64,000 nucleotides of DNA from Longimicrobiales bacterium (GTDB taxonomy: Bacteria > Gemmatimonadota > Gemmatimonadetes > Longimicrobiales > Gaopeijiaceae), in contig CBDCKN010000010.1 in assembly GCA_965218295.1 (NCBI GenBank), positions 1-64,000 of the forward strand, read 5' to 3'. Below, piece after piece: positions 22,458 through 33,081 of the stretch (position 1 is its first letter; each line of letters begins with the position of its first letter). Under the pieces are notes generated by a model. It had not been told where the DNA came from, made no database searches, and saw nothing but the letters and a program-made list of their open reading frames with translations. Position numbers and translations under genes: made by a program.

Positions 22458-23147
22458 GTGAACGAATCTCGCTGGGTTGTCCCGTCAGTTTTGGGAGTGT
22501 GGCTTCTCGCCGCGACCGCGGTCGGTGCGGCCGGCCTTCTGGTCGACCTTTTACCACCGTGGCCGCAGGTCATCCTGGTTGGGCTCACGCTTCTGAGTCT
22601 CGCCTTCCTGTGGTCCGATGGACCTGTGCGCCGATGGGCAGCGCTAGTTGATGCGCGGCTATTCGTGGCCTTCCATATCACGCGATTTGTTGGCGTCTAT
22701 TTCCTTGTCTTATATGGGCGAGGGCAGTTGCCGTACGAGTTCGCCGTGATCGGTGGCTGGGGTGACATCATCATCGCGACGTTGGCGGTTTTACTGATCG
22801 CGACAGGTCCGCCGGACGGACCGCGGCGCACAGCATACTTGGTGTGGAATGCAGCCGGTCTGGCGGACATTCTCTTCGTCGTAGCGACGGCTACCCGACT
22901 TACTCTGGCGGATCCAACATCCTTGGCTCCCATGCTGCGCCTGCCACTCAGCCTATTGATCACGTTCGTTGTGCCAATCGTCATTGCTACGCATATCTGG
23001 CTCTTTCGTCGACTGGGGAAGAGTGATGATGGCCACTCAAGCTGGTGGGCCGATGAGCATCGTGAGGGAGAGGAGGAAAATCATGAGGTTCACACCCAGC
23101 ACGAGCAGCGTCAGGATCCCCCCGATGTAGCCCCCGAATTGAGCTAG
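22458..23147 (+). CDS. Hypothetical multi-pass membrane protein; C-terminal ~40 aa overlap the convergent ORF and may be readthrough
   Basis: Several hydrophobic segments (FHITRFVGVYFL, GWGDII, WNAAGLADI); lower GC than the core genes. Confidence 0.65.
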   Translation: MNESRWVVPSVLGVWLLAATAVGAAGLLVDLLPPWPQVILVGLTLLSLAFLWSDGPVRRWAALVDARLFVAFHITRFVGVYFLVLYGRGQLPYEFAVIGGWGDIIIATLAVLLIATGPPDGPRRTAYLVWNAAGLADILFVVATATRLTLADPTSLAPMLRLPLSLLITFVVPIVIATHIWLFRRLGKSDDGHSSWWADEHREGEEENHEVHTQHEQRQDPPDVAPELS

Positions 23148-23679
23148 GCCGAACCACGCGAAAGCTGAAAGGACGGAGCCGATGATCCCACCCCAAGGGC
23201 CGAAGACGGCAACGAGTATCGGCGCGAAGACGAGGCATCCCACAACCGGGATATAGAGTATGACCAATTCCTGCCGATCTGTTCTGGGAGTCTCGTAGCT
23301 GTAGATGTCTTCGCCACTCTCATCGTGAGCGAATGTCATCGAGAGGGCGAGCTCCAGGACCGCCTCACGCTCATCGGTCTGGGAATTCCAAAGCAGGTGG
23401 AGCAGCTCACCCCTCCACATGTGAACCACGGCCGTCGTCTCCTCTCCCAGTTCCCACCCGCGGGGAAAGGCTGTCGGTACCAGAGTGCCATCGTCCTGTA
23501 CCAGCTTGTCAGCCTTCTCGAGGAGTACCGGATCGTGGTTCCACCTCGCTATTGATTCTCCTAGTCGCTTGTCGTCTATGGAGATACGCGGGATACCGTG
23601 GGCCTCGAGCATGTCGTTTGCCGTCAGTAGCTTGGCGGCATTCCCCCAGATCAGATGCCCACCGATCCATGGCGGAACC
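23037..23679 (-). pseudogene. Hypothetical membrane protein, 5'-truncated at the IS boundary
   Basis: Frame of ORF 23037-23612 stays open upstream up to the IS end at 23680; hydrophobic C-terminus. Confidence 0.5.
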
Positions 23680-24943
23680 TGTCAACGCCAGTGAGACACT
23701 CTTGGAAATCAATTAGAGAGCAATCTCCTGTGTAGTGAGGGATGGGGTGGGAGGATTGATCCAGACGGCCTCCGGGAGTGGTTTAGGCTTCGGCTCACCG
23801 GAGACGAAGCGCTCGGGATGAGCGGCCCATGCCTCACGGAGCACGGCCTTCCTGCAGGCGATGATCCGATCGGCGTGACCGAAGTGGACCTGTTCGGGGG
23901 TCAGCATCGAGATGCCGCCATGGCGGTGCTCGGCATTATACCAACGGAAGAACGAGCGACAGAAGGTCTTGGCTTGCCCCTGATCCCCGAACCGGCCGGG
24001 AAACGAGGGATGGTACTTCAAGGTCTTGAACTGAGCCTCGGAGAACGGATTGTCATCCGAGACCTGGGGTCGGCCCAACGAGCGGGTCACGCCGAGATCG
24101 GCGAGTAGTTGAGCCGTGCATTGGCTCGTCATCGGAGCCCCTCGATCGGAATGCAGGGTCAGGAGGTGGGGCTGGACGCCATGCTTCAAGCAACTCTGCT
24201 GGATCAGCCGGCTGGCCAGGGCAGAGTTCTCCCGATCCGCCACCATCCATCCCACGACGTAGCGGCTGAAGATGTCCAGGATCACGTAGAGGTAGAAGTA
24301 ACTCCACTTCTTCGGCCCCAGCAGCCGGGTGATATCCCAGGACCAGACCTGGTTCGGGCCCCTCGCCATCAACTCGGGCTTCTGGTATTTGGGATGACTC
24401 CGCTGCGCTCGACGCTCCTGAACCGGCACCTGGGAAGCCAGAACGCGATACATCGTACGCTCGCTGCACAGGTAGACGTCCTCGTCGAGCAGCGTCGCCA
24501 CCACCTCGGCTGGGGACCGGTCCACGAAACCGCTCCGAACACAGGGTGTCGAAAATCTTGTCCCGCTCCCTCTCACTTAAGGCCCGGGCGGGGGTCGGGC
24601 GGGGCTGCTGATGCCCGGTCGATGCACTCCGACGACGGTAGAACGTGGCTCGCGGCACCCTGAGCGCATCGCACGCGGGCTTCACCCCTACGTGCTTGGC
24701 TAGCTCCTGGGTCGCCTTCATGAGTTCGTCCCGTCCTCGAGGCTCAATCCCAGCAGCCCTGCAACTTTTCCCTGGACGTCGATGATCAAGTGCGCCTTCT
24801 GGAGCTCCTTCTCGAGGCGAGTGTTCTCGCGCTCCAGCTTGCGCACCTTCTCCTCCAGCGGATTGCGCTCGCGCTTACGGCCTCGTTTCTTCGACAGCGC
24901 TTTCAGGGACCCGCTATGCGCCGCCTTGCGCCATGTCGTCAGG
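23680..24943 (-). mobile_element. IS3-family element, 5' part missing (interrupted by a second IS3); orfA remnant 24718-24943, orfB 23713-24721 with frameshift near 24530
   Basis: End reads TGTCAACGCCAGTGAGACA; DDE motifs QVWSWDIT, LHSDRG, DNPFSEAQFKTLKY; ATGA overlap of orfA/orfB. Confidence 0.85.
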
Positions 24944-26257
24944 TGGAGTTGCCCCGATTGAGTGGACACCCAATCTCTTGAGAGAGAAAGGAGTCCACAG
25001 TGCCAAGAACGAGACCACCGTACGCGCCGGAGTTCCGGCGTCAAATGGTTGAGATGGTACGAGCAGGGCGGACGCCGGAGGAGCTGAGCCGGGAGTTCGA
25101 GCCGACAGCGCAGACGATCCACAACTGGGTGAGGCAAGTGGATCGGGATGAGGGCCTGAGGTCCGATGGTCTGACGAGCGATGAACGTGAAGAGGTCCGA
25201 CGACTGCGCCGAGAGGTCAAACAGCTGAAGGTCGAGCGGGAGATCCTAAAAAAAGCCGCAGCCTGGTTCGCGCGGGAGACCGACTCGGTGCCACCGAAGC
25301 ATTCGAGTTCGTGAGCACGCATCAGGCGACGTATCCAGTGCGGACGATGTGCCGAGTGCTGGGAGTCTCCCCCAGCGGCTACTACGCGTGGCGAGCTCGT
25401 CCGCGGTCGGCGAGAGCACGGGCCAACGAGCGACTGCTCGAGCGGATCCGAGAGATCCATAAGTTATCCGATGAGACGTACGGCTCGCCGCGGATCCACG
25501 CGGAGCTCCAGGACGAGGGACAGAGTGTGGGTCTGAACCGTGTTTCGCGGTTGATGCGGCGTGGGGGTCTGGTGGGTGTGACGAGACGACGGAAGTGGCG
25601 GACGACGAAGCGCGACAAGGACGCCCGTCCGGCGCCGGATCTGGTACAGCGTGACTTCGCGGCCGAGGGGCCGGATCAACTCTGGGTGGCCGACATCACG
25701 TATGTGCCAACCGGGAGTGGGTTCTTGTACCTAGCGGTTGTCGTGGACGCGTGGAGCCGTCGCGTGGTCGGCTGGTCTATGGAGAACCACCTGAGGACGG
25801 ACCTGGTCGTCAGAGCACTGAACATGGCGCTGTTGCAGCGCCGGCCTGCGGATGTGATCCATCACTCAGACCAGGGTACGCAGTACACATCGATCGCGTT
25901 CGGACTCCGGTGCAAGCACGTGGGAGTTCGGCCCTCGATGGGCTCGGTGGGCGACTGCTACGACAACGCGCTCTGCGAGAGCTTCTTCGCCACGCTCGAG
26001 TGCGAGCTGATCGAACGCAGGCGCTTCGCGAATCGTGTGGAGGCGAAGATGGCGGTCTTCCGCTTCATCGAGAGCTGGTACAACCCGCGACGCCGGCACT
26101 CAGCGCTGGGCTACAAGTCGCCGGTCAACTTCGAAGTGAAGCACTCGGAGGCAGCGTGAACCCTTCGGGCCTTCAGGCTGCCGTGGTGCTTCCAACCTTG
26201 GCGGATCTCGGCTGCCTTCCACTCCCCTGCGCCTCTGGCGCAGCGGAAGCTTCTGAC
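24944..26257 (+). mobile_element. IS3-family element (orfA 25000-25314, orfB 25311-26159) lacking its right IR
   Basis: Left end TGGAGTTGCCCCGATTGAGTGGACA; A7G slippery site at 25248-25255; no matching right IR before the IS256 at 26258. Confidence 0.88.
25000..26159 (+). CDS. IS3-family transposase OrfAB (programmed -1 frameshift)
   Basis: OrfA HTH/leucine zipper (YAPEFRRQMV...EREILKKAAAWFA); OrfB LWVADITY, HHSDQGTQY, DNALCESFF. Confidence 0.88.
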
Positions 26258-27634
26258 GAGCTAGGATCAAAGGGTGTGTAAAAAGAGAGGCGACGTACCT
26301 TTCCGCTGAGTAATAACCAGCGAACTCCGGGTGACAGCCCGGGGGAAAGGAACGACGCCTCGTGAGGAAGAATACGGTGGGACCCGAGGGTGAGTCCAGG
26401 ACGCCCGTGTGGGAAGTTCTGGAAGAAGTGGTTCGGGAGAAGGCGCAGGAGTTCATTCAACAGATCTTGGAGGAGGAAGTCACGGAGTTGCTAGGGCGAG
26501 AGAAGTCAGAGCGCAGGAGGGTGGTGGACGCGACCGAGGCTACCGCAACGGATACGGCAAGCCGAGGCGGCTGGCGATGAGCTCGGGCACGATCACACTC
26601 CGACGCCCTCGAGTTCGAGGCCTTGAGGAGCGGTTCGAGAGCCGCGTGCTGCCGTTGTTCGCGAGGCGGACGAAGGAGCTGGGCGCTCTGCTTCCGGAGC
26701 TGTATCTGCACGGACTGGCGGAGGGAGACTTCGAGTTGGCGATGCGGGGCCTGCTGGGCGAGGGGGCACCGCTGTCGAAGTCTTCGATTCGGCGGCTGCG
26801 GGCGGGATGGACGGCGGAGTTCGAGGAATGGAGCCAGCGTCGCCTGGAGGGTCGTGAGGTCGTCTACGTGTGGGCGGACGGGATCTATGTGAAGGCAGGG
26901 CTGGAGCGGGACAAAGCGGCGCTGCTGGTGGTGCTGGGTGCCATGCGAGACGGGACGAAAGAGGTGTTGGCCCTGAGAGCGGGCTACCGAGAGTCGGTCG
27001 AGTCCTGGTCCGAGGTGTTGCGGGACCTGAAGGCACGCGGCATCGAGGCGCCCCGGCTTCTGATGGCGGACGGTAACGCTGCGATCTGGGGCGCAGTACG
27101 GCAGGTATGGCCTGAGGCGGGTGAGCAACGGTGCTGGAACCACAAGATGAGGAACGTGCTGGACCGACTACCTCAGCGGGAGCAGGGCGAGGCGAAGGAT
27201 CTTCTCCGGGCCGTGGTCTACGCACCGAGCCGGGCCGAGGCCCTGAAGGCCCGCGAGGTGTTCGCCCGACGCTATAGGCCGTGGTATCCGAAAGCAGTGG
27301 ACGTACTCGAGGACGACTGGGAGCGGATGGTAGCGTTCTACGACTTCCCCGAGGACCACTGGAAGCATCTACGCACGACGAACGTGGTCGAGAGCCCGTT
27401 CGCCGCGGTACGGCTCAGGACGACAGCAGCGAAGCGGTTCAAGCGGGTCGAGAGCGCTACGGCGCTAATCTGGAAGTTGCTCTTGGTGGCTGAGAAGCGG
27501 TTCCGAAGGCTCGACGCTCCTCACCTCCTCAAGGACGTATTTGAAGGAAGAAAGTTCGAAGACGGAAAGCCCGTCTCACACCAACAGCGGAAGAACGCCG
27601 CCTAATACGTTTACACACCTATTGACCCAACCTC
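26258..27634 (+). mobile_element. IS256-family insertion sequence, copy 2, inverted relative to copy 1; transposase 26362-27605 with 1-bp frameshift near 26538; no target duplication
   Basis: Nearly identical to 14963-16339 (I see two homopolymer indels and one substitution); flanks CTTCTGAC and GTGTGGTG differ. Confidence 0.92.
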
Positions 27635-27797
27635 GTGTGGTGTCCCAGAAGTGTCTCGGCCATTCGAGCACCGATGCATCCGGCTCTGCGGCGTTCCTTC
27701 TCCTCGAAATAGCGTTGCTATTCCTCGTCGTCGCGCCTTGCAGGATCCGGCGCCTCGGCACTCTCGGTGGCTCGCGAACTTCTGGGACACCACACTA
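27635..27797. mobile_element. MITE, divergent subfamily, with perfect 18-bp TIRs
   Basis: GTGTGGTGTCCCAGAAGT (27635-27652) / ACTTCTGGGACACCACAC (27778-27795) plus TA; shares AAGTGTCTCGGCCA and GGTGGCTCGCGAACTTC with the other copies. Confidence 0.85.
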
Positions 27798-29156
27798 GCC
27801 GAGCTCCTCGTAGAGGTAGGCCAGAGTCCGGATGCCCTTCTCGATGTGCTCCTCCGGGAACCATTCGTTGGGCGCGTGCAGATTGGCTCCCGGAAGGGAG
27901 AAGCCGAGGAGTAGGGCGGGGGCGTCGAGGATTCGCTCGAACTCTCCCACAATGGGTATGCTTCCGCCCTCGCCGGCCAGGACCGGTGCCGCCCCGAACG
28001 CCTTCATCAAGGCCGTCGTGGCGGCCTCCTTGAGACTCTCGCTCAGCTGGGCCCGCCAGGGCATGCCGCCGGGTAGCTCCTCGATCCGGACCGTCACGCC
28101 GGCAGGAGTGACCTTGGCGACATGTGCTTGCAGTAGCTCGTAAACGCGCCTGGGATTCTGGTCCGCCACCAGGCGGAAGCTCACCTTGGCCATGGCCTTG
28201 CCCGGGAGCACTGTCTTCGCCCCCTCGCCAGTGTAACCCGAGAGCAGCCCGTTCACTTCGCAGGTAGGCCGGGTCCAGAGCCTTTCGGGGACCGAGTACC
28301 CGCTCTCACCACCCGCAAGGGTAGCTCCGACCGACTCGGCGAACTCCTCCTCGTCGAAGGGCAGGCTCCCGATGGCGTCCCGAGTTTCGGCGTCCCATTC
28401 GAGAACGTCGTCGTAGAAGCCCTCGATGGTGATGCGGCCTTCGTCGTCGAACAGGGTAGCCAGGATCTGTGCCAGCGCCATGGCGGGGTTCACGACAGGA
28501 CCGCCGTAGGCGCCGGAGTGCAAGTCGCTGGACGGTCCGTCCACGTGGATCTCGCAGTAGGCGAGGCCCCGCAGCGAAAAGAGGAGAGAGGGAAGCCCCG
28601 GGGCGAACATCGCCGTATCAGAGATGACGACGGTGTCGCACGCCAACCGGTCCCTGTTCGCCTCGACGAAGGGCACCAGGTTGGGCGAGCCCACCTCTTC
28701 CTCGCCTTCGGCCAGGATGATGAGGTTCACCGGGAGTCCGCCTCCGGCCTTCAGATGCGCCTCAGCCGCCTTCACATGAAGGTAGAGCTGACCCTTGTCG
28801 TCGGCCGAGCCACGGGCGTAGAGGCGGCTCTCCCGGAACTCCGGCTCGAAAGGCGGAGACTCCCAGAGCTCCAGTGGCTCGGGAGGCTGCACGTCGTAGT
28901 GACCGTATACAAGGACTGTGGGGGCGTCGTCACCGGCACCCCGCCACTCCCCCAGCACTATCGGATGACCGGCCGTATCGATGACCTCGGCCTGAAGACC
29001 GGCGTCTATCAGCTTCGCCTGCAGCCACTCGGCGGCTCAGCGGGTGTCGGCGTTGTGGTCCGACTTGGCGCTTATGGAAGGGATCCGTAGAAAGTCGAAG
29101 ATCTCGTCTGTAAAGCGCTGCAGTTCTTCTCCGATGTACTTCTGAACGTCACTCAT
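27795..29156 (-). CDS. M20-family dipeptidase with a single in-frame TGA at codon 40 (29039-29037)
   Basis: FLRIPSISA..DTR*AAEWL continues in frame into VYGHYDVQP, ARGSADDKGQ, EGEEEVGS, DLHSG, HAPNE. Confidence 0.85.
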
Positions 29157-29245
29157 GCTCGATGTTCTTGAAAAGGGGTATACGAAGAGGCGCCGGCCTG
29201 CGGGCCGCCGCCTCTTGCATGTCCAACACCTGGCCGTGCTACCGA

Positions 29246-29524
29246 TCAGATGAGACCGCGAATGCCCCACCGGTAGACGAAGCTCATGAACGCTGAAGAC
29301 GCCAGGGCGCCGCCCATTCCGCCGGCGCTCAGCGCGAGGGGTTCGTCAAACTCGAATATGCCGACTCCCAGCATGCCTCCGATGACGGCACCGAAGGCGC
29401 CGAGCACCATGAGGAGAGGGACGTGACCGGAGGTCTCTTCCGGTCGTTTGATGGCTATCCGCATGAGGAGGCCGACAAAGGCTCCCATCACGATCCAGAT
29501 GCCGATGCCGATCCAGTTCTCCAT
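29246..29524 (-). CDS. Small membrane protein, GlsB/YeaQ/YmgE-like
   Basis: Three Gly-rich TM helices (WIVMGAFVGLL, LGAFGAVIGGMLG). Confidence 0.7.
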   Translation of the reverse strand: MENWIGIGIWIVMGAFVGLLMRIAIKRPEETSGHVPLLMVLGAFGAVIGGMLGVGIFEFDEPLALSAGGMGGALASSAFMSFVYRWGIRGLI

Positions 29525-29783
29525 TGGTCACCGTTTGGGGTCAAGCGTGGTCTCGATGTCAAAGGCCGAAGCCTCAGGAAGGGGAATCTAAATGATCCGC
29601 CGATTGGCGCCACCGGCAGGACCCCAGCTGAACCTAGCCGAGGCGTCAGTCGGCCGTTGCCGCGATGCGGCCTAGGAGTCGACCGCCGAGACGAGCGAGC
29701 GTTAGCGAGCTCAATTGTGGCCCTCTGCCTCACCCCATACGGATCTCATTGTGCCCCGGGGCCCGCGGGTCTACGGTTGGATC

Positions 29784-30293
29784 GTGAACGACGATGTCAT
29801 CGATCTGACCAAGTATCTGGGCGGAGCCCCCGCCGCTGGGGAACCGGACGGCTCGCGCAGCAGCTTCTCCGTTTGGGGTGGTGACGGGGAGCGATCGCGC
29901 TTCGCCCTACCCATCTGGCGGTCGATCTACCTGGTCGGTGGGGGAAGGGGGGGCCTGGTCTGGGTGGCCGAGCAGGGAGACTCCGAGCCGCAGGCGCTCT
30001 TCGTCCTGGACCTGGCAGCGGAGCCCGCCCGGACCGACTTCACGCTCCCGGCTGTCGAAGGCGATGACCTCGGGGAGGCACCCACGGTCCTCGAGGAGGG
30101 CGACGCGGTGGCGGTGTATCTTGGGAGCCGAGACGGCAAGAGCTGGTTTCTCGTGCTGGATGATTGCGGCGCCGCCAACGAACCCGTGACGGCCGGGACG
30201 AGGGAGGACCTACTCTTTCTGGCGGGAGAGTGTGCCGGCCTGCTCTTCTTCCGCGAGCTCGCCGAGGCCGGAGAAGAGTTGGATCTGGAGTAG
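29784..30293 (+). CDS. Hypothetical protein (start uncertain)
   Basis: Acidic ORF with genome-typical codon usage filling the gap; no recognised motif. Confidence 0.6.
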   Translation: MNDDVIDLTKYLGGAPAAGEPDGSRSSFSVWGGDGERSRFALPIWRSIYLVGGGRGGLVWVAEQGDSEPQALFVLDLAAEPARTDFTLPAVEGDDLGEAPTVLEEGDAVAVYLGSRDGKSWFLVLDDCGAANEPVTAGTREDLLFLAGECAGLLFFRELAEAGEELDLE

Positions 30294-30306
30294 CAGCCTT
30301 CTGGTC

Positions 30307-30969
30307 CTACTCGTTCTTCCCCATGGCACGTTTCAGTGCTTCCAATCGGGCGTCCACGTCAATGGGGGGCGGCTCCGGAGCCGATCTGAACTCTTCCAGC
30401 GGATCGTCGTCCAACGCCTCGTCCACTTCCAGGTGGGCCTCTCGACGAGCATCGTCGTCTTTGATGTCGCTGGCGATGCGATCCAGCTCGGCGAATAGAT
30501 CGTCCGCCCCTTCGATGGAATTTCGTGCCGACGCCCGTCCGGCGGTTGCCGTGAGCGCCTCCCGGTTCTTCTCGGCGCTCTTGATCGCCTCGATCATCTC
30601 CCGGAACTCGCCCCGCCGCATGTCCAACTCCTCCTTGAGGGCCAAGGCTTTCTGTTCGAGGACGTCCCGGCGGTGCTCATGCTTCTCGGCGTACTCCCGG
30701 GCGACCCGGGCGGTCTCCTCATCACCGATCTCGGAGGCCATCTTCTCCCGCCGCCGGCAAGTCTCGCCCTCGCGCTTCTCGGTCTCGGTGGCCTTGAGGG
30801 CTTTCTTGATGGCCACCTCAAGCCGCTTGGTCTCGGCTTGGGTGTCTGCGGCCTCACGCTTCATCTCCCTCAGGAGACGATCCACGGCCTCCGGAACGTC
30901 ATCCCGGTCCAGTTCTTCCTTGAAGTTGTCTATGGCTTCTCGGAAGGCTCGGCGCAGCTTGTCGAACAT
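30307..30969 (-). CDS. PspA/IM30-like coiled-coil protein
   Basis: MFDKLRRAF start, long heptad-rich helix, IGDEETARVA, C-terminal DVDARLEALKRAM. Confidence 0.7.
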   Translation of the reverse strand: MFDKLRRAFREAIDNFKEELDRDDVPEAVDRLLREMKREAADTQAETKRLEVAIKKALKATETEKREGETCRRREKMASEIGDEETARVAREYAEKHEHRRDVLEQKALALKEELDMRRGEFREMIEAIKSAEKNREALTATAGRASARNSIEGADDLFAELDRIASDIKDDDARREAHLEVDEALDDDPLEEFRSAPEPPPIDVDARLEALKRAMGKNE

Positions 30970-30995
30970 GGTGCCTAATTGTGGAACATCGCGCT

Positions 30996-31179
30996 TAGTG
31001 CCCCGCTTCCAAAGTGTCTCGGCCAGTCGAGGGCACGGTGCATCCGTGTGCTCGGCGTTGGGACTCCTTGCGACCACGCTTCGCGCGGTACCTGCTATTG
31101 CTACGCCGCGTCGTCCCGCCTTGATCCCACGGCGCCCCGACCCTCTTGGTGGCTCGCGAACTTCGCAAACGGCACACTA
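30996..31179. mobile_element. MITE, full copy with TA at both ends
   Basis: TA-GTGCCCCGCTTCCAAAGT...ACTTCGCAAACGGCACAC-TA; highly similar to 36406-36571. Confidence 0.88.
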
Positions 31180-31848
31180 ATTGAGGAAGGGCTCGATCCT
31201 CTGGGCGAATGAGTTCCTGGCACGATGCAGCCGGCTCTTCACGGTTCCGAGGTTGACGCCGGTGATCTGGGCGATCTCCTCGTAGCTCTTTCCCTCGAGC
31301 TCACGGAGCCTGAACACCAACCGGTGGTGCTCCGGCAACTCCTCGACTGTGTCCTCGACGAGGCGTCTCAGGAATCGCTTCCGGTAGAGGTCGTCGGGCT
31401 TCATGCGGAAGTCCTCGAACTGAAGGGGCCGGTGGTCGTCGTCCCAATTGCCGGTGAGCCGCTGGAAGAGAATGAGAGGACTGCGCGATCGGTTGCGCAG
31501 CTCGTTCTTGGCGAGGTTACTGGCGATGGTGTAGACCCACGTAGAGAACTTCTTCGTCGTGTCGAACCGATGGAGGTGTCGGGTCACGCGAATGAAGGCC
31601 TCCTGAACGAGATCCTGGGCCCTGTCGCCGTCGCCGGTCTTGCGGGTGACGAAGTGGACGAGGCGATCGTGATAGCGCTCGTAAAGGTCTTCGAAGGCGC
31701 CGTTTCGGCCCTGGAGGTGAGCGGTGACCAGATCTTCGTCACTGAGTTGAGCGAGAGGTTCCTCCAAGACGTGCGGCGCTAACTGCTCGTCTATGTTCGA
31801 CTTTACCATGTGGTGTTCCAGTGAGGTACGGCCGTCGGTGAGAGTCAT
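31177..31848 (-). CDS. ECF-type sigma-70 factor
   Basis: AQDLVQEAF, FSTWVYTIASN, LRELEGKSYEEIAQITGVNLGTVKSRLHRAR. Confidence 0.93.
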   Translation of the reverse strand: MTLTDGRTSLEHHMVKSNIDEQLAPHVLEEPLAQLSDEDLVTAHLQGRNGAFEDLYERYHDRLVHFVTRKTGDGDRAQDLVQEAFIRVTRHLHRFDTTKKFSTWVYTIASNLAKNELRNRSRSPLILFQRLTGNWDDDHRPLQFEDFRMKPDDLYRKRFLRRLVEDTVEELPEHHRLVFRLRELEGKSYEEIAQITGVNLGTVKSRLHRARNSFAQRIEPFLN

Positions 31849-31877
31849 CGGACTTCGACTATGGCATGGCGATTACC

Positions 31878-31896
31878 AATAATGATTCTCATTTTC
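31878..31896. promoter_or_regulatory. Fur-box-like operator upstream of the ECF sigma gene
   Basis: AATAATGATTCTCATTTTC matches GATAATGATAATCATTATC at 15/19 positions. Confidence 0.7.
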
Positions 31897-31962
31897 AGTT
31901 TGAAATATGCTCCGTCCGATACTCACCTACAAGGCCCCCCTGCCGGCACGGGACGCGTGACC

Positions 31963-33081
31963 TCATACGGGCCGACGCTCCAGGGTAGCCAAGCGACCCC
32001 CCTGTGAGAAGCCTGTGTATAGCGCCTGCTCGGGCTTGGGGAGATCGTCCCGCGAGGTGAGAGCCGCCTCTGCGGCCCCATCAACGAGGGCAGCCGCCTC
32101 TTCCTCCATGAAGGTCAACTGCGCCTGAGAGATTCCTTTCTTCTTCAGGAACTCCTCGAAGAGCCCCACGGGATCCCGGTGTCCCCAGGTCTCGAACATC
32201 TCCGCCGGGAACGTGGCGCGGGCCTCGCCCTCGTCGTGGGTCACGTGTCCACCCATGCGGAAAGTCTCCGCCAGCACGACAGCCGGCCCGCGTCCTTCCC
32301 GGCATCGGCGAACGGCTAGGGTCGTGGTCGCGAGTACGTCTAGGACGTTGTTTCCATCGGCGGCCCAGGAAGGGATGCCATACATGTCCGGCCAGTGTGC
32401 CATGTCTCCGGCCCCATGCTGGTCGAGTCGTGTGCCGAGGGCGACTTGGTTGTTCTGTATCACGAAGACCGCGGGGAGATCCTGGACAGCGGCGAAGTTC
32501 ATCCCTTCGTGGCAGGCGGCGGTACGGGTCGCCCCGTCGCCCACCCAAGTCATGGCGACACGATCCTCGCCCCGTAGCTTGAATGCCAGCGCCACACCCG
32601 CCATGACCGCGACGCTCGTGCCCATGTGGCTGATGGGTTGTATGACCCCTACCGACGGATCGCCGGCATGGAGGTCCCGCCCGCCACTGGGCGAGTCGGC
32701 GGTAGCCAGATAGGCTCTGAAGAGATCGGCCATGGGCATGCCCATCATATGGCAGGCACCGGCATTCCGGATCATGGGGCAGACAAAGTCTCGCTCACAG
32801 TCGAGCGCCGCGACCGAGCCCACCGTGACGGCCTCTTCGCCAGTGCCCAGCCAGGCCTTCGTAAGCACACCCTGCCGTACCCACCGCTTGAGTCCGATGT
32901 CGTGCAAGCGGGTGAGCAATAGGTCGCGGTACAGGGCGCCCAGCCGTGCCCCGCCCAGGTCGGCGATGATCTCGGCCCGCTCCTCGTCCTCCAGGAACGC
33001 GCGCTCGTACGCATCGACGATCCCCGGATCCGGAGTCCATTCCAGGTATTCCGGCGGGTCGTATGTCGGGTGCCGCTTCAT
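31963..33081 (-). CDS. TPP-dependent 2-oxoacid dehydrogenase E1 alpha subunit
   Basis: GDGA...HEGMNFAAV...VIQNN TPP motif, DGNNVL, ETFRMGGH, RDPV. Confidence 0.88.
   Translation of the reverse strand: MKRHPTYDPPEYLEWTPDPGIVDAYERAFLEDEERAEIIADLGGARLGALYRDLLLTRLHDIGLKRWVRQGVLTKAWLGTGEEAVTVGSVAALDCERDFVCPMIRNAGACHMMGMPMADLFRAYLATADSPSGGRDLHAGDPSVGVIQPISHMGTSVAVMAGVALAFKLRGEDRVAMTWVGDGATRTAACHEGMNFAAVQDLPAVFVIQNNQVALGTRLDQHGAGDMAHWPDMYGIPSWAADGNNVLDVLATTTLAVRRCREGRGPAVVLAETFRMGGHVTHDEGEARATFPAEMFETWGHRDPVGLFEEFLKKKGISQAQLTFMEEEAAALVDGAAEAALTSRDDLPKPEQALYTGFSQGGRLATLERRPV

Noticed and set aside
30970..31077. N-terminal extension of the PspA-like ORF and other short ORFs crossing MITEs
   Set aside because: They are translations of MITE sequence; the ATG at 30969 gives a typical start.
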